Source of the DNA: a candidate division WOR-3 bacterium
GTDB taxonomy: Bacteria > Hydrothermota > Tepidihabitantia > Tepidihabitantales > Tepidihabitantaceae
Length of the DNA: 64,000 nt
Assembly: GCA_965649205.1 (NCBI GenBank)
Contig: CBFGJV010000012.1
Span: 1 to 64,000, forward strand
Direction: 5' to 3'
Below the pieces are notes generated by a model, which did not search any database, had not been told where the DNA came from, and was given only the letters and a program-made list of their open reading frames with translations. Positions 29,136-41,600 of this stretch are shown here, piece by piece. How positions within the stretch are numbered: the first letter of the stretch is position 1; every line of letters starts with the position of its first letter. The position numbers and the translations under genes were made by a program.

Positions 29136-31265
29136 GTGAAAGGTCACACTATCATCCTGTGTCTCGTGCTGACGGCAGGAATGGCGCTGGGTGCGTTATC
29201 CGGCAGCTTCTCAGCCGGGCAGCTAGGCACCAGTACGCCCATTGGGCTGACAAATCTCGCTGAGAACGAGGTCGTGCTCAGTCCAGTAGTTCCGACTGAG
29301 GTAGAATGGATGGATAATCCGGACGAAACTCTGAAGTATGACCGTACGCCGGCCAATGCAATTGGTCTGACGAACGGAGGTACATTTCGGGCGGCAGTCC
29401 GGTTTACTCCCACCTACAGTTGCACCCTGAAGGCAATTTTGTTCTATCAGCGCGATGCATCATCCAACCAATATGTATTCGTGTTTGGAGAGGGACTGGA
29501 TACGGTTCCCGGTCCAATTCTGGACTCAGCTCCCTATACCGGCGCAGGTGGTAATCAATGGAAGAGGGTGAATCTGGCTGTTCCGCGTGTACTGCCGGCG
29601 GGAATAGATTTTTGGGCGTGCGTGCGTGCGACGCATACTGCCGGGACGTATCCTATTGGTTGTGATTCCGGTCCGATGATAAGGAATCGTTCGGGATTTA
29701 TTTCGACCGGTACTACCTGGCAGCAGATTGCTGACTTTGGTTTGAACTACAGCTGGAACATTCGCGCAATTGTCAGCCGGGCAGTCTCATACACAAATGA
29801 TATCGGGGTGAGCAACATTCTATCTCCGGGCAAGAGTATTTCTCCAGGTTCTTATCCTTGTGTTGCGCGAGTGGTGAATTTCGGTACAGCAGCCCAGTCA
29901 AACTTCCCGGTTCGATGCAAAATAGATTCTGCAGGCGTTACGGTGTACGACCGTACCTATACCTATACGGGTTCTCTGGCTCCTGGTGCGCGAGTGGACG
30001 TAACCTTCAGTCCAAACTGGAATACAGGGCCGTCGGGTGCACTGTATAGTGTTAAGTTCTTTACCGAGTTGGCTACAGACGAAAACCGCGCCAACGATAC
30101 GGCTCAACAGCAGACCAGTATTATGACCGGATTGCCGTTGATGACCCATGATACGGGGTACTGCAAGCTATCTGTGACTTGTTTTGGTTCGATAGGATAC
30201 GATAACCCGCCGAGTGATGCGGGAGTTGGTTTCTGTTATCCCAAGACTGCGGCCAGTGCTTTGTTCTATGCCAGCTTTGCCGTAGGGACTAGCGATGCGT
30301 ACGTTGCAGACCGTTACTTCAGCCGGCCGGCAAACAGCCCAGTGAACCAAGACTTGGTTCCGGTGGATAGTTTGCGTCCAGTGGTTCCGCCGACCGGAGA
30401 CCAGCACTATCGAGGAAGTTATTCGGACGCAGGACATCCTACTCCGAAAGGTATCAGGATTACCCAGCACAGTCATCAGGCGGCTGCGTTCGGATATGAC
30501 GATTTTGTGGTTCTGGCTTTTGACGTGACTAACACCAGCACGGCACCCGTTACAGGTCTGTATGCCGGGATCTTCGCTGATTTTGACATCGGTTCTAATC
30601 CAGCGTTGAACACGGCGGCGGCAGATACTGTACGGCGACTTATGTATATGAGGCAGCAGTCCACAGCCACTCCGACCGTGGGCGTAAAAATCCTTGCGCC
30701 GGCGTCGTTCCGGAATCTATCTTGCGTGGACCATGCCCGATATGTGTACCCGGATTCTGCCATGAGCGAGGGTATGAAGTGGCGCTTCCTGAACGGGACG
30801 ATTGTGCAGCGCAGTTCCAACCGGGCGTACGACTGGTCAATTGTTACGTCAGTCGGCCCCTTTGACCTTGCACCGGGAGCGGGTTATCGCTTTGCGGTTG
30901 CCTTTGTTGGCGGTTCCAGCGAGGCAGAAGTCAGGGCTCATGCCGATTCTGCTCAATCGTGGTATGATGCCAGAGTTGGTGTTGGAGACAAACCAGCCGG
31001 AGCTGATGGCCAGCATGTCTTCTCTGTTTCGCCAAATCCTTTCTGTCAGGCTACTCGGATTCGCTATACCAGTCGTCAGGCAGGAAACATGGAGCTAAGC
31101 GTGTACGATGCAGCTGGTGCTCTCGTGGAGCGGGTGACGACTCACATAGAGGCTGGTTCGGGTACCTTTTCTTGGCGACCTAAGAATCTGTCTCGGGGAG
31201 TCTATTTCCTGGATGTGCGTACCCCTGAGGATAAGGCAAGGCTGAAGGTGCTGCTGGTAGAGTAG
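29136..31265 (+). CDS. Secreted protein with N-terminal RFTP domain (related to 5092), CARDB/Ig domain and T9SS-type CTD
   Basis: Signal peptide; LKYD...AVRFTP...WQQ...WNIRAIV...NDIGV; YAGIFADFDIG; VSPNPF...VYDAAG...LSRGVYFL. Confidence 0.85.
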   Translation: MKGHTIILCLVLTAGMALGALSGSFSAGQLGTSTPIGLTNLAENEVVLSPVVPTEVEWMDNPDETLKYDRTPANAIGLTNGGTFRAAVRFTPTYSCTLKAILFYQRDASSNQYVFVFGEGLDTVPGPILDSAPYTGAGGNQWKRVNLAVPRVLPAGIDFWACVRATHTAGTYPIGCDSGPMIRNRSGFISTGTTWQQIADFGLNYSWNIRAIVSRAVSYTNDIGVSNILSPGKSISPGSYPCVARVVNFGTAAQSNFPVRCKIDSAGVTVYDRTYTYTGSLAPGARVDVTFSPNWNTGPSGALYSVKFFTELATDENRANDTAQQQTSIMTGLPLMTHDTGYCKLSVTCFGSIGYDNPPSDAGVGFCYPKTAASALFYASFAVGTSDAYVADRYFSRPANSPVNQDLVPVDSLRPVVPPTGDQHYRGSYSDAGHPTPKGIRITQHSHQAAAFGYDDFVVLAFDVTNTSTAPVTGLYAGIFADFDIGSNPALNTAAADTVRRLMYMRQQSTATPTVGVKILAPASFRNLSCVDHARYVYPDSAMSEGMKWRFLNGTIVQRSSNRAYDWSIVTSVGPFDLAPGAGYRFAVAFVGGSSEAEVRAHADSAQSWYDARVGVGDKPAGADGQHVFSVSPNPFCQATRIRYTSRQAGNMELSVYDAAGALVERVTTHIEAGSGTFSWRPKNLSRGVYFLDVRTPEDKARLKVLLVE

Positions 31266-31289
31266 GGAACATCTGCTGTTTGTTTTACA

Positions 31290-31321
31290 GCACAGGGCGC
31301 CGGGTACCCGGCGCCCTGTGC
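31290..31321. terminator. Perfect 32-bp palindrome, probable terminator or 3' stabiliser
   Basis: gcacagggcgccgggt|acccggcgccctgtgc; no T-tract. Confidence 0.6.
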
Positions 31322-31389
31322 GCATATTGCCCAAGATTTCAGTTTAACCGGCTATTAGGAATTGCTTCCTTTTTCGTTGACAGTAGAAG

Positions 31390-31417
31390 TTGACGGTTAA
31401 GACAACCAGGCTATATT
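31390..31417 (+). promoter_or_regulatory. sigma70-type promoter of the pts operon
   Basis: TTGACG-N16-TATATT. Confidence 0.6.
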
Positions 31418-31462
31418 TAGCAACTTGCGAGCAGAAACTTCTTAGCTTTTCATACTCTACTT

Positions 31463-31720
31463 ATGTTGAAGGCTGAAATCACAATTCGAGGGCCGATAGG
31501 CCTGCATGCTCGTCCAGCGGCCGATTTTGTACGTGTAGCTGAAAAATACCGTTCGAAGGTACGATTGGGAAAGAACGGCGTGTGGGTAAACGGGAGGAGT
31601 ATTCTGTCTATTCTTACTTTGGCTGCGGAGAGCGGCAGTAAGGTAATCTTGGAGGTGTCAGGCGAGGATGAGGTTGAGGCGTTTCGCGCTCTAAAGGGGG
31701 TACTGGAACGTGAATCGTAG
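31463..31720 (+). CDS. ptsH: Phosphocarrier HPr
   Basis: GLHARPA (His15), NGRSILSIL (Ser46 region), GEDE. Confidence 0.96.
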   Translation: MLKAEITIRGPIGLHARPAADFVRVAEKYRSKVRLGKNGVWVNGRSILSILTLAAESGSKVILEVSGEDEVEAFRALKGVLERES

Positions 31721-33515
31721 GGATTCTGGACGTAGATCTCAGAGCGTGGAGCGTATTCTGCGCGGCATTCCCGTATCTCGCGGTTTCGCCCAAGGCGTGG
31801 TGCATATCTACCGACCTTCTCTTCCTGAACTGGAGGAACAGGTACTTAGTCCGGACAAAATTCCTGTCGAACTCGAACGTTTTCGGCAAGCCATAAATTT
31901 GGCAAGGCAGGAACTGCGTGAACTGTATGCCAGTGTGAAACGAGATATGGGCCGCGATTTTGCCGATTTCATAGAGGTTCAGTTGGCAATGTTGGAGGAC
32001 GAAGAAGTTTTGAACTCCACGGAGCGCTTCATAAGAGAAAACGGGCGCAATGCTGAGTTCGCCTATGCGGAGACCCTGCGGCGTCTGACTAAGCCGGTGA
32101 GTGACTCGCATATTCCGGTGATTAGGGAAAGAACTTTGGACGTGCTGGACGTAGGCACAAGGGTGTTACGACATCTGACTGGTAGCGAAATGTCATCTTT
32201 GAGCGGCGTGCGGCCTGGCACTGTGGTGATTGCGCACGACTTACCACCCTCGGAAGCAGCTCTTCTCGATCCTACACGAGTAAAGGGTTTGGTGCTGGAA
32301 GTTGGAGGGAAGACTTCGCATACGGCGATTATGGCAAAGGCAAAAGAGATTCCGGCAGTGGTTGGTGTGGAAGGAGCCTGTCGCTTGGCAATTCCCGGGG
32401 CGAACGCATTCGTTGATGGTTACCGGGGACTCGCCATTCTTAATCCGACCAAGAAACGATTGAGTGCCTACCGTTCTGAGATTGAGCTGTATCGCAAGCA
32501 TCAGCGGTCTCTATCTGGGCTGAGCGAGCAAGAACCGGTTACCTTGGACGGCAAGATGATAGATCTGTCTGCGAACATTGAGTTCCTGTCCGAGGCTCGG
32601 ATTGCGGTGCAGAATGGGGCGAGAGGGGTAGGATTGTTTCGTACCGAGTACATTTATCTTTCCAGACTGAGACCGGCCACAGAAGAGGAGCAGTTTGAAA
32701 CTTATGCCGAGGTGGCACGGTTGGTGCGACCCTGGTCAGTCATAGTTCGGACTTTTGATCTCGGAGGAGACAAGGTGGTACCAGGCTATGTGGAGACCAA
32801 TCCCTTCCTGGGTTGGAGAGGGCTGAGACTTTGTCTTGATAACGTTGAGCTGTTTCGACACCAATTGCGGGCTGCGTTGAGGGCCTCTGCCTTTGGGAGG
32901 GTGAAGCTTATGTTCCCTATGGTCTCCACTATTGAGGAGTTGCGCCGGGCTAAGCTTATCTTGGAGCAGGCAAGAGAAGAGTTGAGGAAAGAAGGCAAGA
33001 AGTTTGATGAGCATATGGAGGTCGGAGTTATGGTGGAAACGCCGTCTGCCGCCATTCTTGCCGCGCATCTGGCCCGGGAGTGTTCTTTTCTGTCTATCGG
33101 CTCCAATGACCTCACCCAGTATACTCTGGCTGTTGATCGCAGCAATGAGAGGGTGGCGGAACTATATGATCACTTTCATCCCGCTGTTCTAGAGTTGATT
33201 CGCCAGACCATAGTAGCCGCTCACAAGCAGGGTATCTGGGTGGGATTGTGTGGAGAGTTTGCGGCAGACCCCTTGGGGGTTCTTGTTCTCCTCGGACTTG
33301 GTATAGACGAACTTTCTGTAGCTCCCGCCCTCATCCCGGAGACAAAGAAGGTCATCCGCTCCATTGATACCGGTTCTGCAGCAGAGATAATGGAATCGGC
33401 AATGAAATTGGCTACTGCAGTAGAAGTGCGACGATTTCTGCGTCGAGAGATGTACCGGCGGTTTCCTAAGCTGGCTGAGTTTGCCTTTGAACTGGGAGGA
33501 GATAACATAAGATGA
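31710..33515 (+). CDS. ptsI: PEP-protein phosphotransferase, PTS enzyme I
   Basis: GGKTSHTAIMA, GVGLFRTE, NPFLGWRG, SIGSNDLTQY, GLCGE. Confidence 0.98.
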   Translation: MNRRDSGRRSQSVERILRGIPVSRGFAQGVVHIYRPSLPELEEQVLSPDKIPVELERFRQAINLARQELRELYASVKRDMGRDFADFIEVQLAMLEDEEVLNSTERFIRENGRNAEFAYAETLRRLTKPVSDSHIPVIRERTLDVLDVGTRVLRHLTGSEMSSLSGVRPGTVVIAHDLPPSEAALLDPTRVKGLVLEVGGKTSHTAIMAKAKEIPAVVGVEGACRLAIPGANAFVDGYRGLAILNPTKKRLSAYRSEIELYRKHQRSLSGLSEQEPVTLDGKMIDLSANIEFLSEARIAVQNGARGVGLFRTEYIYLSRLRPATEEEQFETYAEVARLVRPWSVIVRTFDLGGDKVVPGYVETNPFLGWRGLRLCLDNVELFRHQLRAALRASAFGRVKLMFPMVSTIEELRRAKLILEQAREELRKEGKKFDEHMEVGVMVETPSAAILAAHLARECSFLSIGSNDLTQYTLAVDRSNERVAELYDHFHPAVLELIRQTIVAAHKQGIWVGLCGEFAADPLGVLVLLGLGIDELSVAPALIPETKKVIRSIDTGSAAEIMESAMKLATAVEVRRFLRREMYRRFPKLAEFAFELGGDNIR

Positions 33516-34579
33516 AGGAGGAAGAGCGAATGCCGGGTTGTCTCAGAAAAAAGAAAGAATTGTTCCAGAACGGCTATGCGAAAATGCTGGAATTGGTCAT
33601 GGAGTTACCCAGACAGCTGACTACAGCGGAGAGGATTACCCGCCAGGTGGATTTAGGACCACGCTGTAACTCGCACCACGTTATTGTTGCGGGGATGGGG
33701 GGCTCGGGGATAGGGGCAGAGCTGGTGAGTGGACTGGTGGCCAATAAGGTGAGGTTTATAGTTGTGCCGTGTCGGGACTATTCTCTTCCGAATTTCGCTG
33801 ACAGCAATTCGTTGTGTTTTGTGGTCAGTTATTCCGGTAATACAGAAGAAACACTGAGCGCGTTTGCAGACGCCCGTCGCCGGGGATGCAGAATAGTAGC
33901 GGTTACCAGTGGTGGTCAGTTGGCTGAGTTGGCGAGCAAGGCTCGGCTACCTGTCATTCTGGTTCCTTCTGGGTTGCCTCCTCGGGCTGCGTTGGGTTAT
34001 CTGTTTGCTCCTCTGATAGTTTCGCTACAGAGGCTGGGCCTGTATGAGGAGTTGGGTCAGGAACTGAGTCGCACAGCCGATTTGCTTTTGCGTCGTCAAA
34101 AGTTACTTCACCGCAAGGCAAAGCTCATAGCAAACTGTCTGCGGGGACAGTTTCCTCTTGTTTATTCTACTACCAGGCTGCTGGACGGGGTAGCAGAGCG
34201 CTGGCGTTGTCAGTTGAATGAGAACGCCAAAGTAATGTGTCATACCAGTTCATTGCCGGAGCATAACCACAACGAAATAGTAGGCATGGGAAGGCCTATT
34301 TTTCTTGCCCGACATTCGGTTATCATAGCCCTTCTTGATTCCACTACCCACCCACATACCAGACAACGTCTTAAGCATCTGCTGGATATTGCCCGTGGTA
34401 CCTTCAAAGACAAGTTTCTTTTGGAAATCACGAACGGTTCTGAACTGTTTCGTGTCCTGTCCCTGGTTATGCTCGGTGACCTGGTGAGCGTGGAGTTGGC
34501 CCTAAGACTGGGTGTGGATCCTATGCCGGTGGTCAGAATTGATGAACTGAAGCGCAGAATGAGTCTGGCAAAGAAATAA
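33512..34579 (+). CDS. Bifunctional phosphoglucose/phosphomannose isomerase (SIS family)
   Basis: GMGGSGIG, SYSGNTEETL, GLPPRAAL, QLNENAK, PEHNHNEI, GVDPMPV. Confidence 0.93.
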   Translation: MKEEERMPGCLRKKKELFQNGYAKMLELVMELPRQLTTAERITRQVDLGPRCNSHHVIVAGMGGSGIGAELVSGLVANKVRFIVVPCRDYSLPNFADSNSLCFVVSYSGNTEETLSAFADARRRGCRIVAVTSGGQLAELASKARLPVILVPSGLPPRAALGYLFAPLIVSLQRLGLYEELGQELSRTADLLLRRQKLLHRKAKLIANCLRGQFPLVYSTTRLLDGVAERWRCQLNENAKVMCHTSSLPEHNHNEIVGMGRPIFLARHSVIIALLDSTTHPHTRQRLKHLLDIARGTFKDKFLLEITNGSELFRVLSLVMLGDLVSVELALRLGVDPMPVVRIDELKRRMSLAKK

Positions 34580-34601
34580 CCAACAAGGTAGGAACTGGGG
34601 C

Positions 34602-35582
34602 ATGAGTAGATTCAAAGCATTGGTGCCAGCAGCAGGAGAGGGAAGAAGGTTGCGACCGCACACCCATGTGACGCCCAAAGTTTTGCTGGAGGTGGCAGGT
34701 AAACCGATACTGGGCCACATAATGGATAGATTACTTCCTGCCGAGCCAGAGGAAATATGCGTAGTTGTAGGAGCACAGAGCGAACAGGTAGAGTCATATC
34801 TCAGAGAGAACTACAGGGCCAATTTCACTTTTGTACATCAGGATGACCCCAAAGGATTGGGTGATGCCGTATTTCGCGCCAGAGAACGATTTAGGAACGA
34901 ACCAATACTTATCTTGCTGGGGGACACAATAGTAGATCTTGATATCAGCGAGGTGGTGGGAGACACCAACATGGTGGCGGTGAAGGAGGTGGAGAATCCG
35001 AGGAGATTTGGTATTGTGGAGGTAGAGGGGAAGGCTGTGAAGAGAGTAGTGGAAAAGCCAGAGCATCCAGCCAGCAGGCTCGCAATCGTAGGTCTTTATT
35101 ACTTTTCCAATGCAGAACAGCTTTTTGGTGCTCTCGGGCAGCTTATCAGCAGTGGTCACAGGACCAGAGGCGAATTTCAACTTACCGATGCTCTTCAGCT
35201 TATGCTGGAGTCTGGAGTGAGTATGACTGTAAAACATATAGAACACTGGCTGGACTGCGGCACTCCAGACGCATTACTGGCAACCAATCGTTACCTGCTG
35301 TCCAAGAATAATTACTGCCGCTCAAGGGAAGGAGTGGTGATAGTGCCGCCGGTGTATGTGCACGACACTGCAAGGTTGCACAATGCGGTTGTGGGGCCTT
35401 ATGTTTCAATAGGCGCTAACGCGGAGGTCAGAGATTCTGTAGTCAGCGACTCCATAGTCAATCGCGAAGCGGTCGTGGAATGTGCTCTTTTGGAGCATTC
35501 TATCCTCGGAGAGCAGTCAGTTGTGAAAGGTACTCCCCGCAGGTTGAATCTGGGAGGGTTTTCGGAATTGGAGATGGGATAG
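34602..35582 (+). CDS. Sugar-1-phosphate nucleotidyltransferase (glucose-1-P thymidylyltransferase-like, C-terminal left-handed beta-helix)
   Basis: PAAGEGRRLRPHT..PK, Q..PKGLGDAV, VEKP, RGEFQLTDAL, WLDCG. Confidence 0.92.
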   Translation: MSRFKALVPAAGEGRRLRPHTHVTPKVLLEVAGKPILGHIMDRLLPAEPEEICVVVGAQSEQVESYLRENYRANFTFVHQDDPKGLGDAVFRARERFRNEPILILLGDTIVDLDISEVVGDTNMVAVKEVENPRRFGIVEVEGKAVKRVVEKPEHPASRLAIVGLYYFSNAEQLFGALGQLISSGHRTRGEFQLTDALQLMLESGVSMTVKHIEHWLDCGTPDALLATNRYLLSKNNYCRSREGVVIVPPVYVHDTARLHNAVVGPYVSIGANAEVRDSVVSDSIVNREAVVECALLEHSILGEQSVVKGTPRRLNLGGFSELEMG

Positions 35583-35628
35583 GGAGAATGGTGCGGAGAG
35601 GTGGAATACCACGTGGCTTACAGTCTAG

Positions 35629-37919
<2,291 letters not shown>

Positions 37920-38022
37920 TCATGAGCGAGTCTTTTTCTGGTCCGTAACATAGTAATTGTTTGCTTCGGTAGTTTGCCCTTTCTCGCGTTGACATAGCGC
38001 AGTCAGGGTTGCAGAATGAAAT

Positions 38023-38454
38023 ATGGATTTATTGGAGAGGCTGACAGCCGAAGGGTTGAGTATTCTTGTGCGCCGGGACGAACAGGATTTATACTCGTCC
38101 ACCTTAAATGGGGTTAGACCGCTGTTGGAATTGCTTGACTGGTTTCCCGCCGGTCTTGCAGGCGCGGTGGTTGCCGACCGGCTGGTCGGAACCTGTGCGG
38201 CACGCATTCTGGCACATCTCCGTCCCCGTGAGGTTTTAGCTCTCAGGGGCACAGTAGAAGCCGGAAGTATCCTCTTTGCCGCTAACATAGAGTTCGGATG
38301 CAGAGAGACGATACCTTATGTCAGTAATCGTGATAACAAGGGGCCGTGTCCGTTTGAGGTGCTCAGTTTCCGCTACGACGACATATATGAGCTGATACAG
38401 GCGGTGCGCGAGAAACTGCAGCAAGTTGTCGCAGGGACAGTAGACAAGAAATAA
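38023..38454 (+). CDS. DUF1893 (TM1506-like) protein
   Basis: GVRPLL, VADRLVG..AA, I..V.NRD..G.CPFE; TTGACA-N17-CAGAAT 5 nt upstream. Confidence 0.8.
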   Translation: MDLLERLTAEGLSILVRRDEQDLYSSTLNGVRPLLELLDWFPAGLAGAVVADRLVGTCAARILAHLRPREVLALRGTVEAGSILFAANIEFGCRETIPYVSNRDNKGPCPFEVLSFRYDDIYELIQAVREKLQQVVAGTVDKK

Positions 38455-38611
38455 GACAGCTGCTCGAAGGAACAGAGCAGGCGGCTTGGGTATATTGACA
38501 ACCGACGGGTGAGGAAGAAAATAATAAAGGAATAGAGAGGGCAAAGTGGCAGGGGCCGGAGAGGGTGTGGTTTTGAAGGTGGCAGGCGAAGAATGAAAGA
38601 AGGAGGTAGTC

Positions 38612-41600
38612 GTGAGCAGAAGGTTTGTGTGGCTGCTTGCTTTGATTCTTGTGTTTGGGCTGGCGGGGGGCAGTGAGACAAATCAGCCGGCAGCAACAGA
38701 GTTTCAGAGTCTGCACAAGGAACTGAGCAGGATTTCTGACTCCAGGGCAGTAACCTTTCTTCCCAATGGAGACGGATCGTTCCGAGTGGTGCTGCGAGCA
38801 CTTCCTCCTGTTGGGTCTACTGGTAATCCAGTAGACGGCGGCACATACATAACCGGTCAGACCGGAACGCTGGAATGCCAGCAAATTCTTGTATTTAGCA
38901 CATATTACAAGTACTTTCCTGGTTACGATGCGGTCTGCCACTGGCAGGATTATGGCTTGTGGACGTACCAGTACGCGCGGGGCACCTGTGAGTGGGATCT
39001 GAGTCCTCTTCCGGATGATATGGTGATAGACAGCGTGTATTGCCGCAGCTATGCAACCAGTCTCACAAACACAGTTACAAAGGTTGACCTGTATCAGATG
39101 GCAAACAGGCCTTCCACTACGAGCAACGCGCAGACTTTGTACAACGACGCCGGAGACGGAGAGATTTTTGGTACCTATCAGCCGATAACCGATGTACCGG
39201 GATGGTATTCTGTGAAGTTTACAGATGCTGGTAGAGACGAGATACAGAGTAGACTTACCAGCGGTGACTGGTTTGCCATCGGCTATACCGGAGCTGGCAG
39301 CGGCAATCCGTGGCAGATACGGTTTATCAATGTGGAAAACTGGCCGGAGCTGGTATTTTTCTTCAGCGGATTGGACATTGCGTCTGATGCGGTGCTCTCT
39401 CCTACCGGAACCATACGGGTGAACGTGCCGGTTACCCCGCGGGTACGCGTGCAGCATATCAGCGGTACTTCGGCAGTATGTGACCTGGAGCTGAGGGTGT
39501 ACAAGGGCGACTCATTGGTACACAGTCAGAAGAAGATAGGCGTGGTGCTGAATAGTGAAGAGACCAGGGAAGTTGACTTTAATATCGCCTGGACTCCGCA
39601 GGATACCGGAGAGCACAGGGTGGTATTCTGGCATACTTTGACGCCTGACGAAGAACCGGGCAATGATACCGCTGAGCTGGTTTTTCGCGTCAGGCCGGTG
39701 GATGTGGGTGCTGCTGGCATAATTGTACCTGCGGACGGGGCAGAGTACGAGTTTGGCGAGCCTATTGTACCGAAGGCTCTAGTTTCAAATTACACCGATG
39801 ATGCAGAGACGAGTGTGCCTGTACGGATGCGCATTTATACTTCTGGTGGACAGGAGGTGTGGAGTGCTTTGCAGACTGTGGACCTGGATGCGAACGAGAC
39901 CGAGAAGCCTGTTGAGTTTGGGCTTGTTGAGCCGCAGCTGGCCGCTGGTTACTATGCGGTAACCTGCAGTACGGAACTTTTGCCCGACTGGAAACCGGAG
40001 AACAACCGTTACCCTCCTTCGGGGACTCATACCTTTGTGGTATTGAACCGTGTTCCGGTGACTACTTCTATTGCCCCGAACGAGAAGCAGGCAGGCGAGC
40101 CCGGTTTTGTTCTGACTGTGTACGGTTCCAATTTTGTTTACAACTCCGTGGTGCGTTTTGAGGGTTCAGATCGGCCTACTACCTATGTGGATGAGAACAC
40201 ACTGCAGGCGCAGATTTCTGCAGACGACATCAAGTTTGGTGGCACTTTCAGTATCACGGTATTCAATCCTGCACCTGGCGGAGGCACTTCCAATGCGCAA
40301 GTTTTGACGGTCTATAACCGGGTGCCTGTGACTACGGGCATTATTCCGGCTGAGAAGGAAGTGGGAGAGTCTGAGTTTGTGCTGACGGTTAGCGGAGAGT
40401 TTTTCGTGCCTGGCGCGGTGGTGCGTTGGAATGGCTCTAATCGGTACACTGAATATGTGAACGGCACGACTCTGGAGGCTATTATTCTTGAGTCGGATTT
40501 GAGTACTGCCGGACTGTTTTCTGTTGATGTGGTGAATCCTGCGCCTGGTGGTGGCACTTCCAATGTCCAGACCTTTACAGTGAAGACCCCTGTGCCCAAT
40601 CTGACTCAGATAGAGCCGACCGAAGGTACGCAGGGTCAGGCGGGATTGGAGATAGTGTTCACGGGTGGCGGATTCATCCCGGATGTTACCCAGGTAGGGT
40701 TTGGGCCGGGCAACGGGATTACGGTGAATTCGGTTACAGTAACAAGTCCTGAGGAGTTGATAGCTAATATAGATATTGCGGCGGATGCCACAGTAGGCAA
40801 GTGGGATGTGTCTGTGAGTAATCCTGGGCCGGGTGGTGGGGTTGCGGTGCTAGCGGAGGGGTTTGAGGTGAAAGAGCCAACGCTTCAGGACTTCAGCCTG
40901 CTTGCGCCAGAGGACGGAGCGGTGGATTTGCCTGTGACAGGGCTTGTGTTTCAGTGGGAGGATGCGAATCCTGGTGATGCGGCGAGCTATGAGGTGTGGC
41001 TGGGTCTGCCTGGCGAGCTGGTGAAGGTGAAGGAGGGTCTGACCGAGCCCAGCTGGACCTATGATTTGGCAGAGCCACTTTTACCCAATACTGCCTATAG
41101 CTGGAATGTGAAGGCGGTTCTAGAGTCTGATGGAGAGAAGTGGGCATTGAACGGTCCGTTTGGGTTTACGATTGCGGATGTTCCGCCGGCTCCGACCAAT
41201 CTGAGTCCTGACCAAGAGGAGGATGTAGCAAGGTCTGGAATGCTGACCTGGGATCCGTTCCTGGTATATGGTGCGCCGGTAGATTCGTATGTGGTGTGGT
41301 TGGGTGCGGGCACGCCGGAGCGGTATGGCAATGCGGGCAAGAATACGCAGTATCCGTATTCGGGTCTGGCGGGGAGCACCACATACAGCTGGTATGTGGC
41401 GGCCTGGGGTCCGGGCGGAGTGACGCTTTCAGCCACAGCCCAGTTTACTACGCAGGTGGAGACACCGGCGTGGGAGAAGGGCTGGGTGGCAGTGAAATCC
41501 TTGCCGCAGGAGCCGACCACTACCAAGGCGCCGAAGGCCGGAGCGTGGCTGGTCACGGGTCCGGACAATGCTGGCAGCGGCAAGGTAATCTATGCGGCTA